IMG/VR virus record: IMGVR_UViG_3300006927_002472 | Coordinates: 1 to 42,695 of that record | DNA: 42,695 nt | Direction: 5' to 3' (one strand) | DNA from: a virus | Lineage: Duplodnaviria; Caudoviricetes | Shown here: positions 1 to 9,354 of the stretch, piece after piece | How positions within the stretch are numbered: the stretch's first letter is position 1 | Layout of the letters: each line of letters begins with the position of its first letter | The notes under the pieces: model-generated | The model's database searches: none | What the model was told of the DNA's origin: nothing | The model's input: the letters and a program-made list of their open reading frames with translations, nothing else | Program-made: the position numbers and the translations under genes

Positions 1-182
1 AAAAGAGGGTCTTTATGTAAATTATCATAAACTTCTTCACAAGTATATGGGTTTTTTTCATCGGGTATAACATCTCGAATACAAATTAAAACATTTTTAC
101 CACCTTTTAATCTTTGGTCAATTAACCACTGGTGTCCATCGTGCCACGGTTGCCATCTACCTATAAACATCGAGTATTTCAT
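1..182 (-). CDS. HxGH-motif nucleotidyltransferase (cytidyltransferase-like), truncated by window edge
   Basis: Not in ORF track; translated by hand from ATG at 182: MKYSMFIGRWQPWHDGHQWLIDQRLKGGKNVLICIRDV..., with a GR(W/F)QP.H.GH motif; AGGAG upstream; overlaps the end of the APS kinase gene. Confidence 0.85.
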   Translation of the reverse strand, partial: MKYSMFIGRWQPWHDGHQWLIDQRLKGGKNVLICIRDVIPDEKNPYTCEEVYDNLHKDPL

Positions 183-684
183 CTACACACTCCTCTATTG
201 TTCTATTTGTTGTATCCATATCTAAAAAGTTTTGTAATGGTGGTTCATACTCATCTGAAAAGTATTTTTCTTTACCACGAATTTCTGTTGTGTGACAATA
301 AACTTCTAATACTTCAAATCGAGGTTGTTCTTTTTTATAATGTGTACCTTTACCAATTATTTTTAATTGTTCTCTTAAATATCTATACGGTGATACCAAT
401 GAAACTACAGGAACAAATCCTTTACTCACTAAAAATATTGATGTATCTATTGCAAACTGAATGTTTTTTACTCTACCACTTCTACCATAATCTGTAGAAT
501 CATTAGTTGCTAAAACCATTCTTATTTCATCACCATCAATATGTATAAACCGCGTCCTTGATGAATCTGGATTTGAATATTCATAACAAAGTTTATCAAT
601 AAATTCTCTAGCTAATGTTGTCTTACCACTACCTGGTTGTCCAGTAAACCAAACTATTGCATTTTTTTGTTCTAATTTTGACAT
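157..684 (-). CDS. cysC: Adenylyl-sulfate (APS) kinase
   Basis: VWFTGQPGSGKTT P-loop, IDGDEIR, VSLVSPY and YEPP motifs typical of APS kinase. Confidence 0.85.
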   Translation of the reverse strand: MSKLEQKNAIVWFTGQPGSGKTTLAREFIDKLCYEYSNPDSSRTRFIHIDGDEIRMVLATNDSTDYGRSGRVKNIQFAIDTSIFLVSKGFVPVVSLVSPYRYLREQLKIIGKGTHYKKEQPRFEVLEVYCHTTEIRGKEKYFSDEYEPPLQNFLDMDTTNRTIEECVDEILDVYR

Positions 685-1868
685 TTAATCAACTCCTTTT
701 CATAATTTTCCATACTGTGAATAGTTAATTTAAAAATATCCCACTCCATAGAACCAAGTTCACCACTTTCTGTAATAATATCTGAAAGTTTAGTTATAAA
801 CTGCATATTCTCATTTGTTAATTTCTTACAATCAAATTCTATAGTAATATTTGGAATATCTGAATCCTCAACTCCATCTGTTGGTATAGGTCTTAACTTA
901 TCTGTTAAATTATATAAAGTATTAGGTTGTTCTTCTTTTTGATATTTCTTTACATTCTCATAAGAACAATCTGAATAAAATATACTACACCAAGGCTCTA
1001 ATATTCTTAAATGTTCCATACCACAATTCTGTACTACAAATCCAATATGATATTTTTTAGATACAATAGGTTTCATTGATTCATCATGTTGAACTACAGT
1101 TCCCCACTTACGAATAAAATTTCTCATATTTTTAGTAGTTGTGTGAATCCACTCTTGAGAATCTTTCCCAGGTGCACCACCTGCCATCGGATTAAATCGG
1201 CTTCCTCTACTTGTCAAGTGATACACAAAACCTTCCCAAGTCTGTTTAAATGAACACCCATTTAATTGTAATCTATTCCATATATCACTATCTTCTTTTG
1301 ATTGTGGTGCAAATAATTTATCGTGACCACCAACGCTCCAATAATCTTCTTTATGTATTGCCCAAGGTGCAAAAACACCTTCAGTAACTTTATTTTTATA
1401 CGTATTTTTTATACTACGAACATAATGTAACAAATCTTCTTCTTTAAAATCTTCCGGTTCTATACCAAAATCTTTAAGTAACTTTTCTGGCCCATCAGGA
1501 TGTAATGGTGGTTCTATTCGTGTTGCGGCTACAATAACTGTAGGTTCAATTAATTCTACTATCTTAGAATCAAGGCCTGGACACGCATACATATCTGAAT
1601 GAAAAAACATAACTATATCATTAACTGCTTTTTCACATAAAAAATCATACCAATAAACAATACCCTTTCTTTCTGTAGTTTCATTTTTATAGACCTGTAT
1701 ATTATCATCCTCAAGTTGTTGTAACCACTCCCAAGTACCATCAGATGACGCATCATCTGCTAACAATATTTCATGTTGACCATCTAAATTATTTCTAATA
1801 GAATTATAACACCATTTTAAATAAGAAATATTATTTCTTGATGGAACTATAAAACTAATCTTCTTCAT
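672..1868 (-). CDS. Glycosyltransferase family 2 with C-terminal extension
   Basis: ISFIVPSRN, DDASSDGT, FFHSDM, VGGHD..F..EDSD motifs of GT2/GT-A. Confidence 0.85.
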   Translation of the reverse strand: MKKISFIVPSRNNISYLKWCYNSIRNNLDGQHEILLADDASSDGTWEWLQQLEDDNIQVYKNETTERKGIVYWYDFLCEKAVNDIVMFFHSDMYACPGLDSKIVELIEPTVIVAATRIEPPLHPDGPEKLLKDFGIEPEDFKEEDLLHYVRSIKNTYKNKVTEGVFAPWAIHKEDYWSVGGHDKLFAPQSKEDSDIWNRLQLNGCSFKQTWEGFVYHLTSRGSRFNPMAGGAPGKDSQEWIHTTTKNMRNFIRKWGTVVQHDESMKPIVSKKYHIGFVVQNCGMEHLRILEPWCSIFYSDCSYENVKKYQKEEQPNTLYNLTDKLRPIPTDGVEDSDIPNITIEFDCKKLTNENMQFITKLSDIITESGELGSMEWDIFKLTIHSMENYEKELIKCQN

Positions 1869-2736
1869 CTACTACAGACCTTCCTTTTAATTGTTCCCAA
1901 TCTCTTTCAGGTCTCACTTTTAAATTAGTATTCCAAACTCCATTCAAAGTTTCCATGTCCAATCCCAATGATTCTCCAAACTTTATAATAGCCTGTATAT
2001 CTTTGGGGAAACAACTACCACCAAAACCAAATTTACCATCTGGTCCTGGTATATTCATATGAGAATGTCCAACTCTACCATCTCTAACAAATCCTTCAAG
2101 TGCCATTTCCCAATCAACTCCACACTTGTCTGCTATTAACTTCATTTCATTTAAAAAAGACACTTTAGTTGCAAAGAAACAATTGTTCATATATTTTATC
2201 AATTCTGCTGTTTCATAATTAGTTAAAATTACAGGAACCGTTTCTCCAAATCTCCATTTAAATAATTCACTCACTCTTTTAGCATCACGATCAGTGGCTT
2301 TTCCACTACCACCAACAATGAATCTGGCTTGATTAATAAAATCATATCTTGCACTTCTTTCAGTTAAAAATTCAGGATTAAAAACTATACTTAAATTACT
2401 ATATTTTTCTTGTAATTTTCTTGTAGTACCAGGTACAACTGTTGACCTCAATAAAATTACATTATCATCAACCCAATTATAATCTTTACATATTTCACTA
2501 ATATCATTTAATGCTGAATCTACATAATCAATATTTATAGAACCATCTATATTAGACGGTGTTGGAACTGATAAAAATATAAAATCTGATTCATGTATTG
2601 TATCAGATAAAAGATTAAGAGATTTCATTGGGTCTTTATCATAAACCCTAACTTCTGCATCACAACCAGTTTGTGGTGAAAATCCAAAATGAACCGCTGA
2701 ACCAACAAATCCATTACCTATAATTCCTATCTTCAT
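1855..2736 (-). CDS. UDP-glucose/GDP-mannose dehydrogenase family protein (short, 293 aa)
   Basis: GNGFVG Rossmann motif, VPTP, RSTVVPGTT, FNPEFL, AELIKY..N, catalytic GFGGSCFPKD; too short to include the usual C-terminal domain. Confidence 0.9.
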   Translation of the reverse strand: MKIGIIGNGFVGSAVHFGFSPQTGCDAEVRVYDKDPMKSLNLLSDTIHESDFIFLSVPTPSNIDGSINIDYVDSALNDISEICKDYNWVDDNVILLRSTVVPGTTRKLQEKYSNLSIVFNPEFLTERSARYDFINQARFIVGGSGKATDRDAKRVSELFKWRFGETVPVILTNYETAELIKYMNNCFFATKVSFLNEMKLIADKCGVDWEMALEGFVRDGRVGHSHMNIPGPDGKFGFGGSCFPKDIQAIIKFGESLGLDMETLNGVWNTNLKVRPERDWEQLKGRSVVDEED

Positions 2737-3710
2737 TTTAAACCTTCAAGTATATCTGTTATATAAGGTACAAAATTCTTCTCATTATAGAATGAATTTT
2801 CATAGTTCTTTCTACATATTTTACTACAAGTATCATAAAAACCTTTATCATTCTTTAACTCTTTAGCTAAATGTTTAGCCTTTTCAATATCACCATCATT
2901 TACTGATAAATATGGATGCAATTCTTCTTGAGTATCTAATCCTTTATAACCAATACAAGGTATTCCGTGAAATGCACAATTTAATGTAAATGTACCAGCG
3001 GCGTGTGTTGGCATCATATGTACACCTATATGAAATTGACTTAAAAAATTTATCCACTCTACCCAAGTCATATACGGGTGATGAATTATATCCATCTCAT
3101 CTTCTCTATCTATTTTTCTACCCATTGATGGTGCGTGTATTGGCATATCAAACTCTTGAGCAACAATGTATGAATCAAATCCACCATACCATCTAACCAT
3201 ATTACCACCAATTATTACTTCATCTCCCCACTCACTTCGTGGTAAAATACCTAATCGTTCTGTTAACATTAATGTTGGCATCTTATGTACTAATGCATTA
3301 GTAAGTCCAGAATAATATTTAACATCTTTCTCATTATGAGCAAATAACATATCAAATTCTGTAAGTATATTATACCACCAAATTTGTTCTTCCATTTTAT
3401 AATCTTGAAAATACCAATGAGGCCCTTCTTGCATTGATATAACTTTCTTACTAAGTTTTTTTAAATTACCAATCATATCAAACTGTAATAACTTATCTAC
3501 ATTAGTTTTTGGTAGTGTTACTACGGCAAAATCAAAATAATCTTCACCAAAATGTTGTAAAACTCGTGGTACTTCAAATATAGGATAATGTTCTGCTCCT
3601 AAAATATATTTAGTAGAAACATCATTCCTCATATTAGGATTATCTAATGAAACCTTACCTGACCAAAGGCCTTCGGTGAACCATGCAATTTTATAATCTT
3701 TTAAACCCAT
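2733..3710 (-). CDS. Putative GT-B fold glycosyltransferase-like protein
   Basis: 325 aa; C-terminal AGTFTLNCAFHGIPCIGY resembles the GT-B donor-binding segment; glycan-cluster context. Confidence 0.5.
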   Translation of the reverse strand: MGLKDYKIAWFTEGLWSGKVSLDNPNMRNDVSTKYILGAEHYPIFEVPRVLQHFGEDYFDFAVVTLPKTNVDKLLQFDMIGNLKKLSKKVISMQEGPHWYFQDYKMEEQIWWYNILTEFDMLFAHNEKDVKYYSGLTNALVHKMPTLMLTERLGILPRSEWGDEVIIGGNMVRWYGGFDSYIVAQEFDMPIHAPSMGRKIDREDEMDIIHHPYMTWVEWINFLSQFHIGVHMMPTHAAGTFTLNCAFHGIPCIGYKGLDTQEELHPYLSVNDGDIEKAKHLAKELKNDKGFYDTCSKICRKNYENSFYNEKNFVPYITDILEGLK

Positions 3711-4606
3711 TCAACTAATTCTTTAATTTCTTTTTTGGTCATTTTCTTAGCAGTTTTTGAATTATAAGGAGCAGTCAATTTATTATCTTTAACATTCTCT
3801 TCCATTCGAATATGAATATCATCACCATAAAGATACGTTCTATCTACCTCATTTTTAGATACTAAATCTTCATCTACTTTTTCACCAGGTCGTTTTCCAA
3901 CTACCTCTATATCATCAGAAATAACTTTAGCTAATTCTAACATATTTACACATTTCATCTTATACGATTTTACAAACCCACCACCATGATGTAATGCCCA
4001 ATCAATCGTTCTGTTAATTAACATAGCGGCGTCATTTTTCGTAAATATTAACCGATTCATATTTGGGTCTGTAAGTTTAAGTGGTTTACCTTCCTTTTTT
4101 AACTTTAACCAAAATGGTAATACCGAACCACTACTATGAGCAACATTAGCAAATCGAGTTACCGCAAATCTATTAGTATCATTATTACTATTCATAAAAA
4201 CCCGTTCCATCAAATACTTTGAAGCTCCATAAACACTCTCAGCTAAACAAGCCTTATCTGTACTTATACCAACTGTAATTGGTATATCATTTATTATACT
4301 AGCTTCTACCACATTTAAACTTCCCATTACATTTATAGTACATCCAGCAATAGGATTAGTCTCCATCAAATCAATATGTTTCATAGCCGCTGTATGTGCC
4401 ACTACATCTGGTTTCACATCTTTAAAAACTCTAAGTAAAAATCCCTTATCCTCAATGTTTCCCACATAAGACTTTACATCAGGATATTTTCTCTTCAGAC
4501 TAGCTATCTTTTCTTCGTTTCTACTAACATTAATAAACTCATTATCATTATCTTTTATGAGAGCTCTACCTACTGTTCCTGTTCCTCCTGTGATTAATAT
4601 TTTCAT
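3701..4606 (-). CDS. UDP-GlcNAc 4,6-dehydratase (PseB/CapD, Polysacc_synt_2 family)
   Basis: ITGGTGTVG, HTAAMKHI, ISTDKA, YGASK, RFANV..SSGSVLP, RPGEK motifs. Confidence 0.9.
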   Translation of the reverse strand: MKILITGGTGTVGRALIKDNDNEFINVSRNEEKIASLKRKYPDVKSYVGNIEDKGFLLRVFKDVKPDVVAHTAAMKHIDLMETNPIAGCTINVMGSLNVVEASIINDIPITVGISTDKACLAESVYGASKYLMERVFMNSNNDTNRFAVTRFANVAHSSGSVLPFWLKLKKEGKPLKLTDPNMNRLIFTKNDAAMLINRTIDWALHHGGGFVKSYKMKCVNMLELAKVISDDIEVVGKRPGEKVDEDLVSKNEVDRTYLYGDDIHIRMEENVKDNKLTAPYNSKTAKKMTKKEIKELVEWV

Positions 4607-5718
4607 TCATATACCTCTTCAATCCATCTATTAACCCAATAAATTACATAATCAATATCTTCTTCAACCATTCTATTATTACAAGGTAATGAAATTAATT
4701 TAACCCACTCTTCCTCACAAACTGGATACTCTCTATCTTGTAACAATGGTGTATATTTGTATAATGGTTTAAAATGAACTGATGTATGTATTTTCTTATC
4801 TGCTAAATAATCAATCAAATTATCTCTGGTATATATTTTTACTGGTAATCTTGGACAATAGTATTGTACAGTTTCCGAATGCGGTGGTCTTTCTAATACT
4901 GGATGTAATTCATTATTATAACGTTCTTGAATATGTCTACGAAATTTTAAATGTTCAGGTAATTTTTTCATTTGTTCTAAACCAATCGCAGCAATAATAT
5001 CTATCATATAATATTTGTAACCAAGAATATCTACTTGATAATCCCAAGCATATCCAGGTTTACCACTTTTACCTTGAACTCTACTCCAAGTTGAAGATAC
5101 TCCAAACCAAGTCATTTCTCTACATCTATCAGCTAACTGTTTATCATCTGTAGTAATCATTCCACCATCGCCACAAGGTAATGTTTTAACCGCTTGAAAT
5201 GACCACACTGCACAATCTCCATCTAACCCAGCTCCTGGTGTATAACAACTGTGAGCTGTATCTTGAAGTATAAACCCATCAAATACTTTTCTTAACTCTT
5301 TATAGTCAGCAAAAACTCCAGCGTCATCTACAGCTATCAATAATTCACTATTAGGTTTTTTATATCTTTCAACTTCTTCAGGGTCAATACATAAAGTGTC
5401 TCGTTTTACATCAACAATATTAGAAGTAAAATTATTCCATAAAGGTATCATAGCAGTTGCTATAAAAGATATAGCTGGATTAATTACATCTATACCCTTC
5501 CAACCCATAGCCTTCATTACTAAATCTTGTCCATGTGAAGCACTTGTTACAGCTATAGCATATTTATGTCCAACCATTTCAGCAAACTTTTCTTCAAATT
5601 CAGCCACTTTAGGGCCTTTTCCCCACCATCCACTTTCAATAACTTCTTGTAGTGCTTGAACCTCTTCTTTACCACCTTTTGGCCCTAATACTGATAACAT
5701 ATTTTCTCTAATCTTCAT
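4603..5718 (-). CDS. DegT/DnrJ/EryC1/StrS sugar aminotransferase, copy 1
   Basis: GPKVAEFEEKFA, QDTAHS, SFQAVKTL..GDGGM (PLP lysine), LISLP. Start moved to ATG 5718 (MKIREN) by analogy with the paralog at 28391. Confidence 0.92.
   Translation of the reverse strand: MKIRENMLSVLGPKGGKEEVQALQEVIESGWWGKGPKVAEFEEKFAEMVGHKYAIAVTSASHGQDLVMKAMGWKGIDVINPAISFIATAMIPLWNNFTSNIVDVKRDTLCIDPEEVERYKKPNSELLIAVDDAGVFADYKELRKVFDGFILQDTAHSCYTPGAGLDGDCAVWSFQAVKTLPCGDGGMITTDDKQLADRCREMTWFGVSSTWSRVQGKSGKPGYAWDYQVDILGYKYYMIDIIAAIGLEQMKKLPEHLKFRRHIQERYNNELHPVLERPPHSETVQYYCPRLPVKIYTRDNLIDYLADKKIHTSVHFKPLYKYTPLLQDREYPVCEEEWVKLISLPCNNRMVEEDIDYVIYWVNRWIEEVYE
5417..5511. repeat. 95-nt perfect direct repeat, copy 1 (within DegT paralog 1)
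   Basis: Identical to 28090-28184 by manual comparison; offset 22673 nt; flanks remain highly similar. Confidence 0.9.
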
Positions 5719-5855
5719 TATCATCCTCTTCAAAAACTTCTATCATTAAAACATTATCATCATTAATCATAACCAATGCACCATTGTTTTGTAACTGACG
5801 ATTTTAAATCAACTTCTAATTCTTCAATTATATTTTTTAGTTCTTTTTTTTGCAT
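5708..5855 (-). pseudogene. Internally deleted, frameshifted paralog of the 73-aa gene at 28381-28602
   Basis: ATG 5855 gives MQKKELKNIIEELEVDLKSSVT; a different frame gives LQNNGALVMINDDNVLMIEVFEEDDNED-stop (TAG 5710-5708). These match LKSSV and NVLMIEVFEENENED of the paralog; span 148 nt is not a multiple of 3. Confidence 0.8.
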
Positions 5856-5856
5856 A

Positions 5857-6243
5857 TTATCTACCCATTATATAATATTTTACTTTAAATCCTGCTTTTT
5901 CAAATGCTCTCTTACTTGAATGATTATCAGGTTTCACTTTAGAAAAACATTCGGGATGTACTTTCATTATTTCATTTATCATAAATGTACCAACACCTTG
6001 ATTCCAATAATCAGGATTAACAGATAATGCAATTTCACCATCAATTTGTCTGATATATCCTACTGCTTTTTTATCCCTTAAACATATATAAAAATTATCG
6101 TTATATTTTTTCATATATTCTTTTTGTTGTTCTTCTGTCACGAAAGATGAATTATCAAATAACTCTTTTTGTACTCTTTCATCGTTTCTCAAATTTCTAA
6201 TAAATTCGTGATACTTTTTTTCATTTTTTACAAATTTAAACAT
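5857..6243 (-). CDS. GNAT N-acetyltransferase (PseH/RimJ-like)
   Basis: IRNLRND..V, VNPDYWNQGVG acetyl-CoA loop, N..SKRAFEKAGF. Confidence 0.85.
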   Translation of the reverse strand: MFKFVKNEKKYHEFIRNLRNDERVQKELFDNSSFVTEEQQKEYMKKYNDNFYICLRDKKAVGYIRQIDGEIALSVNPDYWNQGVGTFMINEIMKVHPECFSKVKPDNHSSKRAFEKAGFKVKYYIMGR

Positions 6244-6248
6244 ACAAA

Positions 6249-7001
6249 CTATTCCGTAGGTGGATTGTTTTCATCTATCTGTCCTCTTGCACACTCATAC
6301 ATAAAATCAGAATCTAAATACCGATTACTTAAATATGTTATTGCATTTGAACCATAAACACGATTAATTTTATATGCAAATAAAATAATAATTAAATTTC
6401 CAATACCACCGATACCTTTATGACCTTCTGTATGCCAATTTCCGTCTTTATCTTGTATTGGTTCTACCCAAATTGGTTCAAATCCATGTATATCTTTCAA
6501 GTACTTATATTTTGTACAGAAAAAACTGGTTCTCAATGTTTTAATTTGTAATTCCCTATCAAATAAATGTTTAGTTTCATCTTTAGTAAAATCTGCAAAC
6601 TGCTTACCACTTGCCTTTTCTATACCAAATGGATTAAAACTTGTTGGATAATTCATACAATTACCTATAAATTTATAATTAGAATCTAAAAGTTCAAGAC
6701 ATATATTTACACATTCCCAATTTTTTATTATCACATCATCTTGAAAAAATAAACATATTGTATCATCTTCTATATCTAAAAAATCTATTGCCTGTTGGAA
6801 TCCACCATCAGCCATACCTAAATTAGGAAACAATTTCCAATCAAAATTTTCTTTAACTTCTTTTGGTGGTTCTCTATGACATGAATAAAATACATCTACA
6901 AATTCATTTTCATTTTTAAATTCAATTAAACCATCTATTAAATTACTTTCTCCAGGATAATCAGTATAATGCCAACCAACAACTATTACTTGTATTTTCA
7001 T
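6249..7001 (-). CDS. Uncharacterised GT-A-like protein (GWH/HREP family, paralog of 12364-13275)
   Basis: Start moved to 7001 (ATGA overlap with upstream stop, GGAGG upstream); VVGWHY, SCHREP, CLFFQDD motifs. Confidence 0.55.
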   Translation of the reverse strand: MKIQVIVVGWHYTDYPGESNLIDGLIEFKNENEFVDVFYSCHREPPKEVKENFDWKLFPNLGMADGGFQQAIDFLDIEDDTICLFFQDDVIIKNWECVNICLELLDSNYKFIGNCMNYPTSFNPFGIEKASGKQFADFTKDETKHLFDRELQIKTLRTSFFCTKYKYLKDIHGFEPIWVEPIQDKDGNWHTEGHKGIGGIGNLIIILFAYKINRVYGSNAITYLSNRYLDSDFMYECARGQIDENNPPTE

Positions 7002-7972
7002 TTTTCCACATCCTCCCAAGTATATGTTTTAGATTGATTAAACATATTATATGCATTATGTTCACATAACTTATTTGCACTTTCATACCAACTATGTGCC
7101 TTTCTTAATGCACCTGTATTAGTTTTATCTATACCATCTTCTCCTAATACATAATTTCTTTTATTTGGATGTTTTCTATTATGAACCAATAATATGTTTT
7201 TTATTATAAATTGTGGAATTTTACCATCAAATGTTTTTATTAAACTATGCATGAATGCTGTATCTTCGTGTACAAAAAACACAGATTTTGGTATATTAAC
7301 ACCACTTTTAACTACATCAGATGATATCACTAAACCACAACCATTAAATTTATACTGGTGGGTAACTTGAATATCTAAATCTTCAACTTTATCATTAATT
7401 TCATCCATTTCTTTTCTATTCATTGTATATCTTAAACTCCACCAGTTTTCTGTATCACCATCTATGAATGGTTTATCTGTAAAATCTGGATGTTCTAAAA
7501 CTTTCCAACTGTCATCCCACATTTTACAAGTACTAAAAAATCCAACATACTTTGGAGTATCTCCGTTAATAGCTGTCGTGTGTAGATTATCTAAAATTTC
7601 AAATGTTTGTTTTGGTATTAATGAATCACTTTCACCCCACATTAAAACATCAACCTTTTCACAATAATAATCATTAAACCATCTACGATAATCCGCTATT
7701 GTAACAAGTTTATCTGTAACTCTCCATTCAACATCAACATCAAATGATTTCATCATATCTTGAAACTTAAATCTTAATGCATTTATTTCGTGTTCGTCAT
7801 CAATCTTTTCTAACTCTTGATTAGTTACAAAAGTAAAATCAACTGTTATATTTTCTTTATTTTCAATTTGTCCTAAAGATTGTTTTAAACTTTCTATATA
7901 TTCTTCAATGATTTTAATTTCATACCATTGAACAAGACAACCTATTGCAATTGTATTATTTAACTTAACCAT
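6998..7972 (-). CDS. Putative GT-A fold glycosyltransferase
   Basis: 324 aa; DVLMWGESDSL (DxD-like), NGCGLVIS and HEDTAF (ED motif) in GT2-like order. Confidence 0.5.
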   Translation of the reverse strand: MVKLNNTIAIGCLVQWYEIKIIEEYIESLKQSLGQIENKENITVDFTFVTNQELEKIDDEHEINALRFKFQDMMKSFDVDVEWRVTDKLVTIADYRRWFNDYYCEKVDVLMWGESDSLIPKQTFEILDNLHTTAINGDTPKYVGFFSTCKMWDDSWKVLEHPDFTDKPFIDGDTENWWSLRYTMNRKEMDEINDKVEDLDIQVTHQYKFNGCGLVISSDVVKSGVNIPKSVFFVHEDTAFMHSLIKTFDGKIPQFIIKNILLVHNRKHPNKRNYVLGEDGIDKTNTGALRKAHSWYESANKLCEHNAYNMFNQSKTYTWEDVEK

Positions 7973-8582
7973 TTTTAATCCTCGATTTACAAATTATACC
8001 CTCTCTATCTTTCAAGTATTTATTCACACTTGTCGGATTTACAAGTTCATCTTTCTGACCTCCGATATACTGAACTACTTCTATCATTCCAGTATTTATC
8101 ATATCATCAACTGCCGATTTTACTTCATCTAATAATCCGTAATCATCATAAACCAAATGGATATTACCAAAAGTTTTAATAGAATTTATAGTATCAAAAA
8201 CAACTTGATGATATTTATGTATAGCATCAATAAAAACAACATCAACTTCTTCATCTTTAAATGTATCATAATATAATGAAGTTACACCAGGTACTATCCA
8301 ATCATATATGTCACCTATATAATATTCAATATTATTTCTATCCTCATTAAGATTTCGTGCTAAATCAACCCATTCCTGATTAATATCAATAGTGATTACC
8401 TTATTAAATAGAAAACTTAATATTCTCGTTGTATGTCCTTGAAAAGTTCCAACCTCTAAACAATTTTTATTTTTAAATTCATCTCCAAAATAATCTAATA
8501 AATCATCTTTAAATTTATGTGTCGTTGTCCAATTCAGTTCACTTTTATCAGGAACATTTTTAAATATTTCTCCTCTATTCAT
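7965..8582 (-). CDS. Class I SAM-dependent methyltransferase (Methyltransf_24-like)
   Basis: LEVGTFQGHTT, ITIDIN, DVVFIDAIHKY..V..D, VYDDYG. Confidence 0.88.
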   Translation of the reverse strand: MNRGEIFKNVPDKSELNWTTTHKFKDDLLDYFGDEFKNKNCLEVGTFQGHTTRILSFLFNKVITIDINQEWVDLARNLNEDRNNIEYYIGDIYDWIVPGVTSLYYDTFKDEEVDVVFIDAIHKYHQVVFDTINSIKTFGNIHLVYDDYGLLDEVKSAVDDMINTGMIEVVQYIGGQKDELVNPTSVNKYLKDREGIICKSRIKNG

Positions 8583-9354
8583 TTAATTCCCCATAAAAAT
8601 GTTCGTATGTTTTTTGCATAAAATAATTTGAAATTTGATTGTCTTTATTATTAGGTATTGCATTATACTGATAAATCCAACCGATTTTTGTGAACAACAA
8701 ATCATCACCTAATATTTCTTTGCGTGTCATATCGCTCATATTATATTCATAAGGTAATAATTTTAAATCTATTCCTCTTTGATGTATTAACATATTAACC
8801 GGTGTTTGGTCTGTTCCAGTATGAAATGTTTCTTGTAATTGTATTAACAAATCTTGATTTGTAAAATAAAAGTTTACTATATCACGATAAAATTGTTTAT
8901 GATTTTTATTAACTAACACGAATCCACAATCAAGATACTTCCACCATGGCATCATATAATTATCAAATGCATGTTTTGAATAATTTTCTAAACTTCTTAA
9001 AACCCAATCCCAACTACCATCAAATTGTGCTCCACATAATTTACCTTCACTCATATCAAAAAAGTTAGGACACTCTGGATGTACTATTGTATCTGCATCA
9101 ATCATTAAAACTTGGTCATATTCTATTTCATTTGAGTCTAATATGTCAAATAAATAATATCTTTGCCAACAAATAGCCATTTTCTCTTTTTCCAAAACTA
9201 AATCATTTAACACAAATAACTCACAATTATTTTTATCACACCATCTTTTCCAACTATCTATTGAATACTTGTAAGCATATCTTCTACTACTTGAATATCT
9301 ACCATCACCACCTAAATCAATATCCATCATAAAAACTAAATTCTTAGTATTCAT
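8575..9354 (-). CDS. Glycosyltransferase, GT8/GT34-like GT-A fold
   Basis: YDQVLMIDADT DxD motif, YLDCGFVL, TDQTPVN, LPYEYN; start moved to ATG 9354 (MNTKNLV). Confidence 0.8.
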   Translation of the reverse strand: MNTKNLVFMMDIDLGGDGRYSSSRRYAYKYSIDSWKRWCDKNNCELFVLNDLVLEKEKMAICWQRYYLFDILDSNEIEYDQVLMIDADTIVHPECPNFFDMSEGKLCGAQFDGSWDWVLRSLENYSKHAFDNYMMPWWKYLDCGFVLVNKNHKQFYRDIVNFYFTNQDLLIQLQETFHTGTDQTPVNMLIHQRGIDLKLLPYEYNMSDMTRKEILGDDLLFTKIGWIYQYNAIPNNKDNQISNYFMQKTYEHFYGELNE

